The notes beneath the pieces are model-generated. The model worked only from the letters and a program-made list of their open reading frames with translations. It did not search any database and was not told the DNA's origin. From positions 95,542,001-95,606,000 of the forward strand of contig OX597816.1 in NCBI GenBank assembly GCA_951406725.2: DNA of 64,000 bases, given 5' to 3'. The position numbers and the translations under genes were made by a program. This DNA comes from Octopus vulgaris (taxonomy: Eukaryota). This document shows positions 43,497 to 57,138 of the stretch, one piece after another (positions within the stretch are counted from its first letter, which is position 1; each line of letters begins with the position of its first letter).

Positions 43497-43564
<68 letters not shown>

Positions 43565-43600
43565 AGACAGACTAACATACATTTGTGCACAGGTATGAAT

Positions 43601-43775
43601 AGGCGTGGGCGTGGCTGTGTGGTAAAAAGATTGCTTTCCAACCACATGGTTCCAAGTTCACTCCCATTGCGTGACACCTTCATCGAGTGCCTTCGGCTAT
43701 AGTCTCGGGCCGCTCAAAGCAGTGTGAGTGGATTTGGTACACGGAAACTGAAAGAAGCTTGTCGTATATATGTGC

Positions 43776-43848
<73 letters not shown>

Positions 43849-44067
43849 GGAGTAAACACATAAATGTGAAACAAGGTGGAAAATAGAGTACTGAAGTACC
43901 AGTGGTAGAGTAATATGCTTTATTCAAACCAGCAGAAAATTCAACAAAACCTATTACTCTGAGTTTCCTGTTGCCGTTCGTCGGAAAACTGTCCAACGAA
44001 CGGCAACGGGAAACTCAGAGTAACAGGTTTTGTTGAATTTTCTGCTGCTTTGAATAAAGTATATATA

Positions 44068-44128
<61 letters not shown>

Positions 44129-44478
44129 GTTTGTATGTATGTAAGCATATATGTATGCGTGTCTTTTGTCTGTGTTTGTCCCTGCATCACCGCTTGACAC
44201 CCGGTGTTGGTTTCTTTAGATTTCCGTAACAGTGGCTTGGCAAAAGACACTGGTGAATAAGTACTAGACTTTAAAAAAAACATAAGCCCTTTACTTTTTT
44301 CAGTCATATGACTGCAGCTATGCTGGAGCAACGCTTTTAGTCGAGCAAATCGACCCAGGACTTATTCTTTGTCAGCCTAGTACTTATTCTATCGGTGCTT
44401 TTGCCGAACCATTATGTTACGGAGAAGTAAGTACACCAGTATCGGTTGTCAAGCGATGTTGGTGGGACAAACGCAGAT
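43601..44478 (+). mobile_element. tRNA-derived CORE-like SINE split by (TA)n and a nested fold-back element
   Basis: Head GGCGTGGCTGTGTGGTAA..GTTCA at 43601-43765. Its 3' portion resumes at ~44145. Confidence 0.8.
43847..44064. mobile_element. Fold-back PLE-type mini-element with two divergent HHR motifs
   Basis: Inverted arms 43913-43984 and 43993-44064. HHR motifs at 43989-44026 (+) and 43951-43984 (-). Embedded in (TA)n. Confidence 0.75.
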
Positions 44479-44586
44479 TAGATCGAATTCAGTACGCAAC
44501 ATGTACTTTATTTATCGACCCCGAAAGGATGAAAAGCAAAGTCGACCGCGGTGGAATTTGAGTTCAGAACTTAAAGTCAAGCTCGC

Positions 44587-44618
<32 letters not shown>

Positions 44619-44621
<3 letters not shown>

Positions 44622-44945
44622 TCCATCACATGCAGCTGTGGTAGGTTATATAAAAGCGTAACATGCCACCCCGTCAAAATAAGGCTAGAGGAACATCGCA
44701 AATCTGTGACACAGGGAGATATTTCTAAATTGAGTATAGCTGATCTTGTATGGAAAAATGGAGACTACCTCCCCCTGTGGGATGAAGTTAAAATAATAGA
44801 CAGAGAATACCACTGGTAAATACGAAAACTAAAAGAAGCAGCACATATGCTAGGACACAACAACCTCCTAAGCAGACCGAGTGCAGATATGAACAGCATA
44901 TGGGAACTAGTATTGAGGAAGGATAGGAGAAAATTAGATTTATAA
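44619..44945 (+). pseudogene. PLE GIY-YIG endonuclease fragment (Penelope/Poseidon type)
   Basis: YSITCSCGRLYKSVTCHPVKIRLEEHRK...SIADLVW...WDEVKIIDRE..W*IRKLKEAAHM...LDL*. Confidence 0.85.
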
Positions 44946-44974
44946 GCCCTAAGATTCACTCCATAATTACCAAC

Positions 44975-45047
44975 GGGCATATGACGTAGTGGTTAAGAGC
45001 GCGGGCTACTAACCCCAAGATTCTGACTTCGATTCCTGGCAGTGACC
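44975..45047 (+). other. tRNA-derived sequence (Pol III A/B boxes) inside the PLE 3' region
   Basis: TGACGTAGTGGTTAAG (A box), GGG-CT-ACT-AA-CCC anticodon-like arm and TTCGATTCC (B box). The acceptor stem is degenerate. Confidence 0.7.
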
Positions 45048-45132
45048 TGAGTAATAATAATAATAACAACAACAACAACCACAACAACAAAAATACCTCA
45101 GGAATGAGAACCCAGGTTTGAAATTTCCCCAA

Positions 45133-45175
45133 GACATCCGATGAAGGCCGGAGGGTATATCAGCCGAAGCGTTTT
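45133..45175 (+). ncRNA. Degenerate minimal hammerhead motif in PLE pseudo-LTR
   Basis: CCGAUGA-A-GGCCG-GAGGGUAUAU-CAGCC-GAAG-CGUU. A15.1 is mutated and the helix I 3' arm is damaged. Confidence 0.5.
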
Positions 45176-45466
45176 AACAAACAAGATGAGGACAAGTACA
45201 CGTCAATTGTAAATAATGTAAATGTTCTTTATTTCAATTCTGGATACTCTGGACTTACATCAAGTTATTCCCGTATTGTATGCATGTGTTATTGACTCGT
45301 GGGATATGTGTGAATGCTTGTGTGTTATGAAATGTGCAAGTATATGTACAAATACATCTTTAAACAGCTGTGCATTTCATTTTAGTTCCAGTAATTAAAT
45401 GTAACTGCATAAGTCCATAAATCCTATTACAATTCAATGTAGCAAACGTATGTAGGTGTGTTGTGC

Positions 45467-45504
<38 letters not shown>

Positions 45505-45787
45505 GTGTGTGTTTATATATCTATATATATATATATATACACACACACATATATATGGATGTACGTTTACATATGTGTATATCCATATAAAAATTCTAGT
45601 ATGTGTATACGTATGTGTGTGTGTGTAAACAGAGTTATGTCAATCGATATGCAAGTGTAAACAAATCTCAATTTTCTTTCGATTTGTTTACAATTGTGTA
45701 TCGATTACATACATTATGCATGTATGTATACATGCATGTATGTACGTTCGTAGGTATGTACTTTCGTATGTATGTATGTGTGGTGTG

Positions 45788-45891
<104 letters not shown>

Positions 45892-45904
45892 TATATACAC
45901 ACAC

Positions 45905-46027
45905 ACAGGAGTGGCTGTGTGGTAAGCTTGCTTCCTAAGCACATGGTTTCGGGTTCACTCTACTATAGCCTCGGACGACCAAACCCTTGTGAGTGGATTT
46001 GGTAGCCGGAAACTGAAAGAGGTCTGT

Positions 46028-46030
<3 letters not shown>
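45905..46030 (+). mobile_element. tRNA-derived CORE-like SINE, internally deleted
   Basis: GGAGTGGCTGTGTGGTAAG..GGGTTCA..GTGAGTGGATTTGGTAG..GGAAACTGAAAGA. Confidence 0.85.
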
Positions 46031-46088
<58 letters not shown>

Positions 46089-46119
46089 TTTATGTATACA
46101 TGTATATATATATATATAT

Positions 46120-46193
<74 letters not shown>

Positions 46194-47679
46194 CACATGC
46201 ATTCAGAAAGAGAGAGAGAGTGAGAGAGAGTGAGAGAGGGAGCAAGAGAGGGAGAGAGAGAGAGAGACTGAGAGAGAGACAGACTCACAGTGACATTGTT
46301 TTTCGATGTGTAAAGTGATCTATATCGAAATCAGGTTGCGCGTGTAGGTGTGTGAATGGTGCTTTATTTGAACACGTAAACAAGCAATTGATTTTCGTCA
46401 AGAGAAAGTTGACGCTTCTTGTTCGATTTCTTGGAGACTGTCCACCTAACGTCGCGGGAGCTAGCAGTTGCAGACGCAGGACAAATTCTGCAACTCCTAC
46501 GGCAGCGTCAGCAGCTGTAGGAACTGCAACAATGGCAGCTAGTCTTCAGCAGAAATAGGTGGGGGGAAAACGACAACTGTCAACACAATGAATCGCTGGG
46601 GAAAAGAATATTCCCTCCATAATCAGACAATATATTTCACAACATCTCAATTTGTTTATTGTATATGATTTTTTTTTCTCCAAATCTCTTGGTTTTTACC
46701 TTCACGTTGCTGCTACTAACTACCATATCACTCCCTTACACCTATCGCATTCCCCCTTTTCAAATCTATCTTCTGCAGTTTGTTCCGTGTAGCCCTGAAT
46801 GTGAGCGAGAGAATTCGAAACACTACCGGGACATACTAGTGTTTGTGTCGACTTCTCGATGAATGTTAGGACTGAATGCATATATACATACATGCGCGTG
46901 TATTATATACATGCATGTACACATACAAGCGTATACACACAATATGTATACATACACACAATATGTATGCATTCATACATACATTCATGCGTACATACAT
47001 ACATATATACATATATACATACATACATATATAAATACATACATAAGCTTGTGAGTGTGTGCATATGCTGCAGAGATATCATCACCAACATACATGCATG
47101 CATACGTACATAAATTCACATTGTGTGTATATGTACGTACGTATGTATGTATATATATGTGTGTGTGTATGTGAATATGTATGTATATATATATATAAAT
47201 AAACATACATATATATATAATTATATATAGATACATACATACATATATCCATATATATATATATGTATATCTATGTATATATATGTATGTATATATATGT
47301 GTGTGTGTGTGTCCGTGTGTCTGTATTTATATGTACAGATACATAATACATAAATAAAAATACCCTTCTGTACTGAGTTCTATATCTTATCCATCCAACC
47401 ATCCATCAATCCACCCATACGTACGTACATGAATACATACATACGCATACATACATACATACATACATACATACATACATACATACATACATACATACAT
47501 ACAAACATACATATGTATATACGTATGTGTATTATTATATATTTCAATGCCCCACAATGACTAATATTTACATTCCGGGCAGAAATCATGCAATAAACTG
47601 ATGAAGTGTTATTGTAAAAGTGTATTCAATATTGAATATTCTGTATCTCTCTGTGTATATAATCGAACACATTCCGTTG

Positions 47680-47681
47680 AA

Positions 47682-47769
<88 letters not shown>

Positions 47770-47821
47770 TTATATATACATATACATATATATATACATA
47801 TACATATATATATATATATTA

Positions 47822-47871
<50 letters not shown>

Positions 47872-47876
47872 TATAT

Positions 47877-47962
<86 letters not shown>

Positions 47963-48028
47963 GTACACTGATTCATAGATCGATAGACAGATTCATAAAA
48001 AGTTATATATAGAGATTAGACAAATAAT

Positions 48029-48104
<76 letters not shown>

Positions 48105-48125
48105 AAGATTGATTGATAGATAGAT

Positions 48126-48204
<79 letters not shown>

Positions 48205-48212
48205 GAGATAGA
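47680..48212. repeat. Microsatellite field (TA)n,(CA)n,(GATA)n
   Basis: Direct reading. Confidence 0.97.
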
Positions 48213-48529
48213 CATAAATGCACCTACATTCATGAATGCATATACCGCTATATGAGACATGCATATAAAACATAAATATGATGTGGTAAATAAGGTGATA
48301 CATATATTGCTAGACATGTTTACAGTATATTAATTTTTCAGGCTAAAAGCCACCATATTCTGCACACCTACATACTTTAGTAATGCAGGGCACATAAATA
48401 TATACGTTCATAGATTCATACACGCATGCATACATACACACACATATATACATGCATACAAACATAAATGCATATATATACACACACATACAAATATAAA
48501 TGCATATATATACACACATACATACATAA

Positions 48530-48560
<31 letters not shown>

Positions 48561-48816
48561 AATTGTTGCACCCTGGTATGTTATATTAGGTTTACGAATT
48601 GAGGTGTGTTTAATATTTGGCATTAAACTTCGGTTGCATTCCCGACGCATATGGTGACAGTTATGTTGGAAATTCTTCTATTCTTCAGGTTTTTAAGCAA
48701 ACATACACACACAAACAAGAGTGAACGACAGCAGCCGTCTGCTGCTGTTGTTGTTGCTGCTGCAGTCGCCGCCGTCACCGAGACCACCACCGCCGCCGCC
48801 ACCACATCCACCACCA

Positions 48817-48876
<60 letters not shown>

Positions 48877-49377
48877 GTGCATATGTTTGCTAGTGTGTGT
48901 TTTTTTCGCTGGACAGATGAGTTGTATCATGTACAGGCCTCCAGTTGTGAAGGTAGGATGCATTCATAAATATCGACTTATAGAATGAGGAAAAAGAGAA
49001 AGAAGAAAACGACGGAGATAGCAGAACGTGGAAGCAGGCGAAAACATATTTTGTAAATAACGATATTCTAAAACTTTCAACGATATTATTTATATCAATT
49101 GAACAGAATACAGGTTAACAATATTGACAGCAACACGCGTGCTCATGCACAAACATACATTTGTACACACGAACACACAAACACACCTGCGCATACACAC
49201 ACGCGCGTGCACACAAACACGCGCACACATACACTGAAATAGAGAGAACGTGTGAGAGAAAGGGATGTGAGAGAAAAGGGAAGAGAAACTATGGACTCTA
49301 AAGAAGAATCTGTCGAAGTCTGAAACGCATACATTCATACGTATACACGCACACTCATCTATCTATCTATCTATCTG

Positions 49378-49494
<117 letters not shown>

Positions 49495-50047
49495 CTGTCT
49501 ACCTACCTATCTACCTAGCTACCTATATGCATTCACACATACATTCATCGAAAAGTACATGCAGATATTCTACATATGTTGGAAGCACGAGGCTTTGCCG
49601 TATAAACAACAACAGGGAAACGGATGTAAATGAGTGGAGTATCATAACAATGGTGAAACCGTTCTAAGAGGAAATTCTCGGTTTATTTCCATGGAGAGTT
49701 GTATGAGACCTAACAGATGTTATGCTAACAGATGATTCTTGCTACAGTATCCAGTGATTACTGGGCAAAATAGAGAACAGGCATTGTGAATGATGACAAA
49801 AAAACTCAGTTTATTTGGCCTTGAGACAGCAACAGATAGAGAGAAACGTAAAATGTTAACGTGAAATTTGCAATGTTAGCAAGTTTTAATTTGAAGTAGA
49901 AGATAGGTGAAATATAACCTAAACTATATGCTATGTTTGAAAATACATATTTAAAACTTTTTAAATATCGCTGAAACATATCTGTGTCACTTCGATTTTC
50001 TGCAAGTTATTATCTTAAATCATACACATACATGCACGCCTAAGCAC

Positions 50048-50131
<84 letters not shown>

Positions 50132-50193
50132 TTATCTATCTGTCTGCCTGTCTATATATATACATACATATATATATATATATACATACATAC

Positions 50194-50256
<63 letters not shown>

Positions 50257-51392
50257 CAGTAGCGCGAAATTGCATGCATATTAAAATATACTATTTATCT
50301 GTCTAATATTACGTTCATATTACTCTTCTGCAAATACACATAAACATACATACTAAAACAATAAAATATGGCTGTCCCATTTTATAATTTGACGAAGGAA
50401 AGAATAAATAACCATTAGAATATATATATATATATATATAATTATTATTATTATTATTATTATTATTATCATTATTATTATTATTATTACTTCAATTTTA
50501 TATCATTGATAAAAAAACATCCGTTGTGCTATTTGAACAAATGAAAGTAAAAGGAAAATGAGAAACGTCCGGATAGATAGCTCTGATGCAATTGTCACTT
50601 ATTAACAGTCTCTATGTTTTATACACACCTATGCTCTCAACACGATTTCGCCATTGAGGCCAGTGGCCAGTTGTATGAACAGAGCCATCATAACATTTGA
50701 CCGGAGAACTTGAAGAACTCTTGTATAGTGAAAAACATTTTTTGATGACGTGTCTATGAATGGAAGAAGGGGCGGGAGATTGAGTGAGAGGGAAAAAGAA
50801 ACGATAGAAAGGCAGTAGTGAGAGCTGGGCTGCAATAAGAAACGGAAAGCGTAAGGAGGAGGAAAGGCAAAGGTAGAAGAGAGGAAGGAAGAAGAGATGG
50901 AGAAAGGGAGCGAGAAGTTTCCATAAGTTTGTCATTCGAACTGTTCACCCCATGGAGTAATGTACAGGAGAAAATGATTGAGGTTTATATATAATGAAGA
51001 AAAGGGAGCGCTTACACAGTCAAAAGTGGAGTTTAAAAAAAATTGAAGTGAAATAAAATAAAACTCATCTAAGATCCTAATTAATTAATTAATTCTTTGG
51101 TGGATTGATTATTTAAGAGGTTAACGGAAGTGAATGTTTAAGGTAAGTGACTTTTCATTGTCATTATTGATTGTTACATGTTGTTGACGATAAACCTGTT
51201 TAGTCCCAGTTTATCTTTGATGGAGCAAATATATAATTAAATGAGTTCTTGCTGTAGCCGCTCCAGTGCGATCACTCTTTTGAAAATTTGTGTGTGATTT
51301 GACGGAGATTTAGTCGATAGCTGTGGCAGAAGGAATGACCATGTAATGCCTAAATCTTATCAAGTGTTAGTGGCGGCAAAATGAATGATAGC

Positions 51393-51564
<172 letters not shown>

Positions 51565-51716
51565 TCAGCTACATAGTTAGTAACACTAATTGTATGGACA
51601 GTGATAGTGAAAGTATGGGTTTCGTGTTCGATGAAATAAATAGCAGTAAAATACGGAGGTCAATGTAATCAACAAGCCCCCTCCTCCAAATTTAAGGCCT
51701 TGTGCCTCTAGTAGAA

Positions 51717-51773
<57 letters not shown>

Positions 51774-51834
51774 GTTGTTGTTGTTGTTGCTGTTATTATT
51801 ATTGTTGTTGTTGTTGTTGTTGCTGTTATTATTA

Positions 51835-51885
<51 letters not shown>

Positions 51886-52029
51886 GTAGTAGTAGTAGTA
51901 GTAGTAGTGGTAGTAGTAGTAGTAGTAATTGTAGTAGTAGTACCTTGCAGTAATTGTGTAGGCATTAGTTGCAGCAGTAACAGTAGTAGTATTAGCGTGT
52001 GTGTGTTTGGGGTGTTACAATAATAATTC

Positions 52030-52195
52030 CTTCTATTATAGGCACAAGGCGTGAAGTTTGTGGCGCGTGTGTGTATGTGTGTGTGTGGTGGGGCAGTCGA
52101 TTAGATCGACCTCAGTACACAGCTGGTACTTAACTTATCGACCCCGAAAGGATGAAATGTAAAATTGACCTCGGCAGAATTTGAACTCAGAACGG
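52030..52195 (-). mobile_element. tRNA-SINE fragment (family of 2784-3201)
   Basis: CTGGTACTTAACTTATCGACCCCGAAAGGATGAAA..GAATTTGAACTCAGAAC. Confidence 0.85.
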
Positions 52196-52370
52196 TTATA
52201 TGATTATATGGTTAATATTTGAATAATAGTACCGGCAATAGCAATGTAAAGGTATGAAAAGAATATGTTGCTATTACAATAGCTGGTAGTATAATGGTAG
52301 CAGTTTTAATGGTGGTACTATTGGTAGTAATAATGATGGTGGTGTAGGAGAGGTTAGTGGAATGTTTGTT

Positions 52371-52422
<52 letters not shown>

Positions 52423-52517
52423 CAACAGTAGTAGCAGAAGCAGCAGCAGGGGTAGTATGTTTAGTAGTAGAGTTAGTAATGTTTATTGCCCGTACGGTAA
52501 CAGTTGATGCTGTGTTA

Positions 52518-52722
52518 TTGTTTAACCCCAGTCTGAACCTGAAACGGGACAGATATATGATCAAAGATGTCCTCGCCACGACTGACCCCCCTTCTTTCGC
52601 TTTAGACATAGTGTTTATACGGCTACAGTATCCAATATGTTTACTCTTAAGACGGTAGCGTATAATTTTTCAGGAAGATTTGGTTGCTATTTCTAGCAGG
52701 TCCGGATGACTGCAAATAGGCT
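52518..52722 (+). mobile_element. Old interspersed repeat (SINE-like); related diverged copies near 51200, 52760, 53545 and 54205
   Basis: Recurrent TTTAACCCC.G...CTGA......GA..TATGATCAAAG block and downstream GATTTGG.TGCTATTTCTAGCAGGTC block. Confidence 0.55.
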
Positions 52723-54448
52723 TATCTCGGTGGATAGTATTGTCGTCCAGCAGCAGATTAACCCTGATAAAGCAGACGGGTATATGAGAGCAAATAGCAT
52801 TTCAGCCACAAGAATTCTGTCCTTCTTTCAAGTTGCATCTATTCCTAACTTGGTGTATCTAGGTGCAGCCCACCACACCACCTCCTATCCAAGAAAGTAA
52901 CGTGTAATTTATGGGAGGTTTCGTAGTAGGTCGATCGACCGCATAGAAGTCTCCTGTAGCAGGTACTGGTATAGACAGTAGTTGTGACGGTGTTATTAGT
53001 GGGAGAGTTGTTGTAGTGTTGTTGCTAGTTGTAGCTGTTGGTCTCATTGCTGTGGTGATGCTGGTGTTGGTGGAGATGTGGTGCTTAAAGCGCCGGTGTT
53101 TGTTGTAAATTTACCAGTGGTGGTGGTGGTGGTGGTAACTTTGATGATTGCTGTGCGGGTGGTAATTGTTGTTGAGGTGGTGGTATTAGTGGTTGAAATT
53201 GCAAGAGCTAGCTGTACTTGTGGTGGTCGTGGTAGTGTTAATGTTTAAGGGTCAACTGGTAGTGCTAATTGCAGTTGTGGCGATATTGGTGTTTGCAGTG
53301 CAGGTAGTAGTATTTGTGGTAGCAGTGACATTGGTGGTGGTGGTGATGGTGATAATGGCAGTAGTATTGGTTGTTGAGGTGCAGGTGGTGAATGTAGTTG
53401 TGGTAGTAGTGTTGGTGGTTCAGGTGTGACCGATAGTTGTGGTAGTGGCATTGATTTTTGTGGGGATACAGGTAACTGTTGCATTTGTGGTGGTTGTATT
53501 AATGGTCGTCGTGAAGGTTAAGGTAATAGTGTGGGCTATATTCAACCCCTAAGTCAGTCCTGATGGAGCAAACCTTTCGTAAAAGATGTTAGAACTGGGA
53601 CCATCCCACCATTTTTCATTCATGGCACATCCACAACAGCATTGGCCAATGCATACTTTTGTTTATTTTTACAGATAAATAGGGTGTAATATGAGGAAAA
53701 TTTGGTTGTTATATCTTGCGCAGCTACTTTACCGTTCACTTATCATGCTGGTTCAGGTAGTATTTGGTGGCTGAGTTGTTGGTTGAAGATGTAGTTGATA
53801 TTGTTATGCTGGCGTTAGAGGCTGAGATGCTGGTGTTACAGATCTGTTGTGTTGATGCTTCCGTTGAGTTTTCATTGTTATTTGTTGTTGAACTTGTGGT
53901 GCTGGTAGCATTGATAGTTCAGGGGGATCTTGTTGCGGTTTATGCTGTTGTCATTAATGGTGCTTTTAATTGTAGTTGTAACCATAATAATGTCAGTTTT
54001 GCTGGTTATTGATTGATTTTTAGGCTATTGTTCCTGTTCATGTTGTAGCGATAGTGATGCAGGTGGGGGCGCGTGTGGTGCGGATTGGGGTACGAGTGGT
54101 GGTAGTAGTGGCGGTGGTGGCAGTATCAGTGGTGGAAATTTCAAATTTAATGTCCGATTTACTGTTGTTAGTAGCTGTAGGTGGCGCTGTGCGTTTGGTG
54201 CATTTAAACTTAAATCAGATCTGGTCTGTGGTCACTGACCTATGATCAGAAGCATTCCAACCATGGCCATTCCATTTTTAACTTCAGATATACCGTATCT
54301 AAGGTTTTACTTTCAAATGTGTCCGTCCTTCCCTTCCTTCCTTCCTGAAGACATCCGGTTGTGATTTACTACATACTTGATTATCTCTTATAGGCATAGA
54401 AACCAGATAGTTCATTCGTCGGATAGTTATTGTTAGAATCGGTGCTAA

Positions 54449-54972
54449 TCTATATATATAAAACTGTAGTTGTGTGAGTGTCTGTCCCCTTCGATTTAGA
54501 TTCCTAACTACTCCCACATTTTGCGGTGCAGTTTAACCAAATTCGGGTATCTTATAGTCGTGATTCATGTCGAGCCCGTCTGGCTATTAGCGTGCGTCTA
54601 CAATGAGTCTACGATTTTAAAAATAATTTAACATCATTTTTTATTCCATTTTAATGCATATTTTTTCGTGTGTCGATGGCGGCGGAGTTGGCGTCCACGC
54701 TCATACCTGCACCTGTTTGCCTCTCCCCCTTCTTCCCTCCCTTGTGAAGCTGTGGGGAAGGGAGTGTAAGGAAATCAACGTCGTAAAGCATTGTCAAGGA
54801 GACCAGCGTTCTTTTAGAACAACGACCTCATGGCTTGAAGACACCAAAATTACCATAATTTTTTATTCCATTTTTAATGCATTTTTTTGCTATTTTTTTG
54901 CTATAACTCACTAAAAATGCTTATATAGTTATTTCCCTTACAAACCCGAGCAACGCCGGGCGATACTGCTAG
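54449..54972 (+). mobile_element. Non-autonomous Helitron
   Basis: A|TCTATATATATAAAACTG 5' end, CCCGAGCAACGCCGGG hairpin, CTAG|T 3' end, no TSD. Confidence 0.88.
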
Positions 54973-56261
54973 TATTCTATAAGACTCGTTAGAACATTCG
55001 ACGAAACGCATTGCAGTATTTAGTGAAGGTCCTTTACGGTCTGAGTTTAATTCTTGCGAAAGTTAACTTTTTCTGCCGTTCAACGTTCTGAGATCGATAA
55101 AATAAAGTACCAGTTAAGTACTGGGTCGATTTAATCAACTATCAATCACCATCCCAACTTCAAAACTTATGTCCTTGTACTTAAGTTAGGTATGACTATT
55201 TAACAGTGTAGACATTGGTGGATTGGCAGAATCAGTAGTCGAGAGTCAAGTAGAGAGCTGTGTAGATAGTTAAGCAGAGTTAGGTGGTATTTAATTGCAT
55301 CTCGTTGCATTTTAGGGTTTCATTCAACTTTATCTTTTATTTATCTTTCAGTAGTTGATAAAATAAGTATGCTTTAAAACATTGAGCTTCATGTAATCGA
55401 CTCTATGCATGGCAACGTGTCTATGCTAGAAATCGATATTTTGCGATGTTGCTGTTTGAAATAAATAAATGAGTCCTCGTCGTTTTCGGTAACAGGCGTT
55501 CAGTAGCTATTCATGTATCCTACAGAAATCTGTACTCTTACTTTAATTCCCAAGCACAATCAGTGTCTTATAACATGTGACAAAGTTCACTCTTTTAATT
55601 ACAGTTAAAGTTCACCTGATGGGCTTACACATTTTCCCGCCTACCAAATCTCATTCCCAAGGCTTGGGTCAACTCGATGTTTTGGTAAAAGATGTCAAAA
55701 CAGCAGATTTGAACCTGGGACCTCATAATTCAGAAGTAGCCTTCTTAGGTGGTGGTGGTGATAATTATGGTGAAAGCAATATTGGTGGTCTGAAAAATCG
55801 CAATGAAAATAATAATAGGAATAAAAAATAAATACAGTCGCTATCGTCATCACCGTAAGCACCCATTACAAACATCACCACAACGACTACCGTCAGTACC
55901 ACATCATGGTCATGATCATCATGATTATCATCATTATGAGCAGCAGTAGCAGGAACGACAGCACCACCGCCACTACCATGACCACAACCACCACCACAGC
56001 CACAAAAAAAAGGAAAAAAAACCCAAAGCATTAAACTGTTTATTGTTAAGGAATACTATAGCTAAAGTCAGCACAATCGGTAGAGCGCCGGACAAGATGC
56101 CGTGTGGTATGTAGTTACGTTCTTTAACAATATGAGTTCAATGCGTACGGTGTCAGCATTCGCTTATAGTTTTCCCAGGGTGTATAAAATAAATAGCAGT
56201 CAAGTACTGGTGACTGACCTCTCGACCGTGACACACACTAACAAAATCTGTTGTAGAAATC

Positions 56262-56303
<42 letters not shown>

Positions 56304-56729
56304 GTAGTTGCTCTTTCTAATACTACTTTATTGAAAATATTATTGAAAATAAGACATAGTTATCCGAGAGAGGGACTTATACATGGTCATTAGACGTGAC
56401 AGGAAAAAGCGAATATCTTTTGAATCACACCGCGAAGTCTTAGACAATGTAAAAGAAGAAAAATCGCATTTGATACTGTGAACCTAGATACAATTAAATA
56501 CAGATTGTGGACACGACCAAACTACTTATCATCATATATCTGCTCCATTAGGTTTGACTTGCGGCTAAACATCAATAACAGTGCCACTCTATTGTGATTA
56601 TTTAAATGTAGCCTGGCAGAGCGAACGTCAGCTGTCTGGTGCCATGAACACAGTACCATCCTGTAGGCGATGAAAGTTGACAAAGCAAAAACAAGAAAAG
56701 CAGATATGTACATATATATATATATATAT

Positions 56730-57122
56730 GAAGAAGTGCACTAAGATGTAGAGCAGTATGTATTAAAAATGAGGAAGGCCGGTTTATAGGATTATCCTGG
56801 GTTTCCCGTCCATAAATCGTTTAGTTTTATGGCGTATCGTCAGACCCCAAAACCTGTTGGCCTAAGATCTCTTGAAAATATGGAGGAGCTTCTACCCCCT
56901 CCATATTTTGAAGGGGTCTTAAGCCAACAGGTTTTTTTGGTCTGAAGGTACGCCATATAGACAAAACCCTTTATGGACGGGAAACCCAGGGTAATCTTAT
57001 AATATATATAGTGGTCATCCCTCTTATATGTAATATAATTTTTCTGAATCTTCAGATTTTAATATGCTAGACCACTGCTTTTAAATTGATATTAATCAAA
57101 TTAATATTCAATTTTCACCCTT
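56730..57122. mobile_element. Fold-back PLE-type element with HHR motif in each arm
   Basis: Inverted repeat 56784-57002. The minus arm has intact CUGACGA..GAAA and the plus arm has GAAACCCAGGGUA. (TA)n flanks. Confidence 0.75.
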
Positions 57123-57138
57123 ATATATATGTATATAT

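Noticed and set aside
44975-45047. Functional tRNA gene
   Set aside because: The acceptor and T stems do not pair, there is no poly-T terminator, and it is embedded in a retroelement end.
52859-54245. Mucin-like Thr/Val-rich coding region
   Set aside because: It is decayed (GTN)n triplet low-complexity sequence interleaved with old repeats, with no continuous frame or splice signals.
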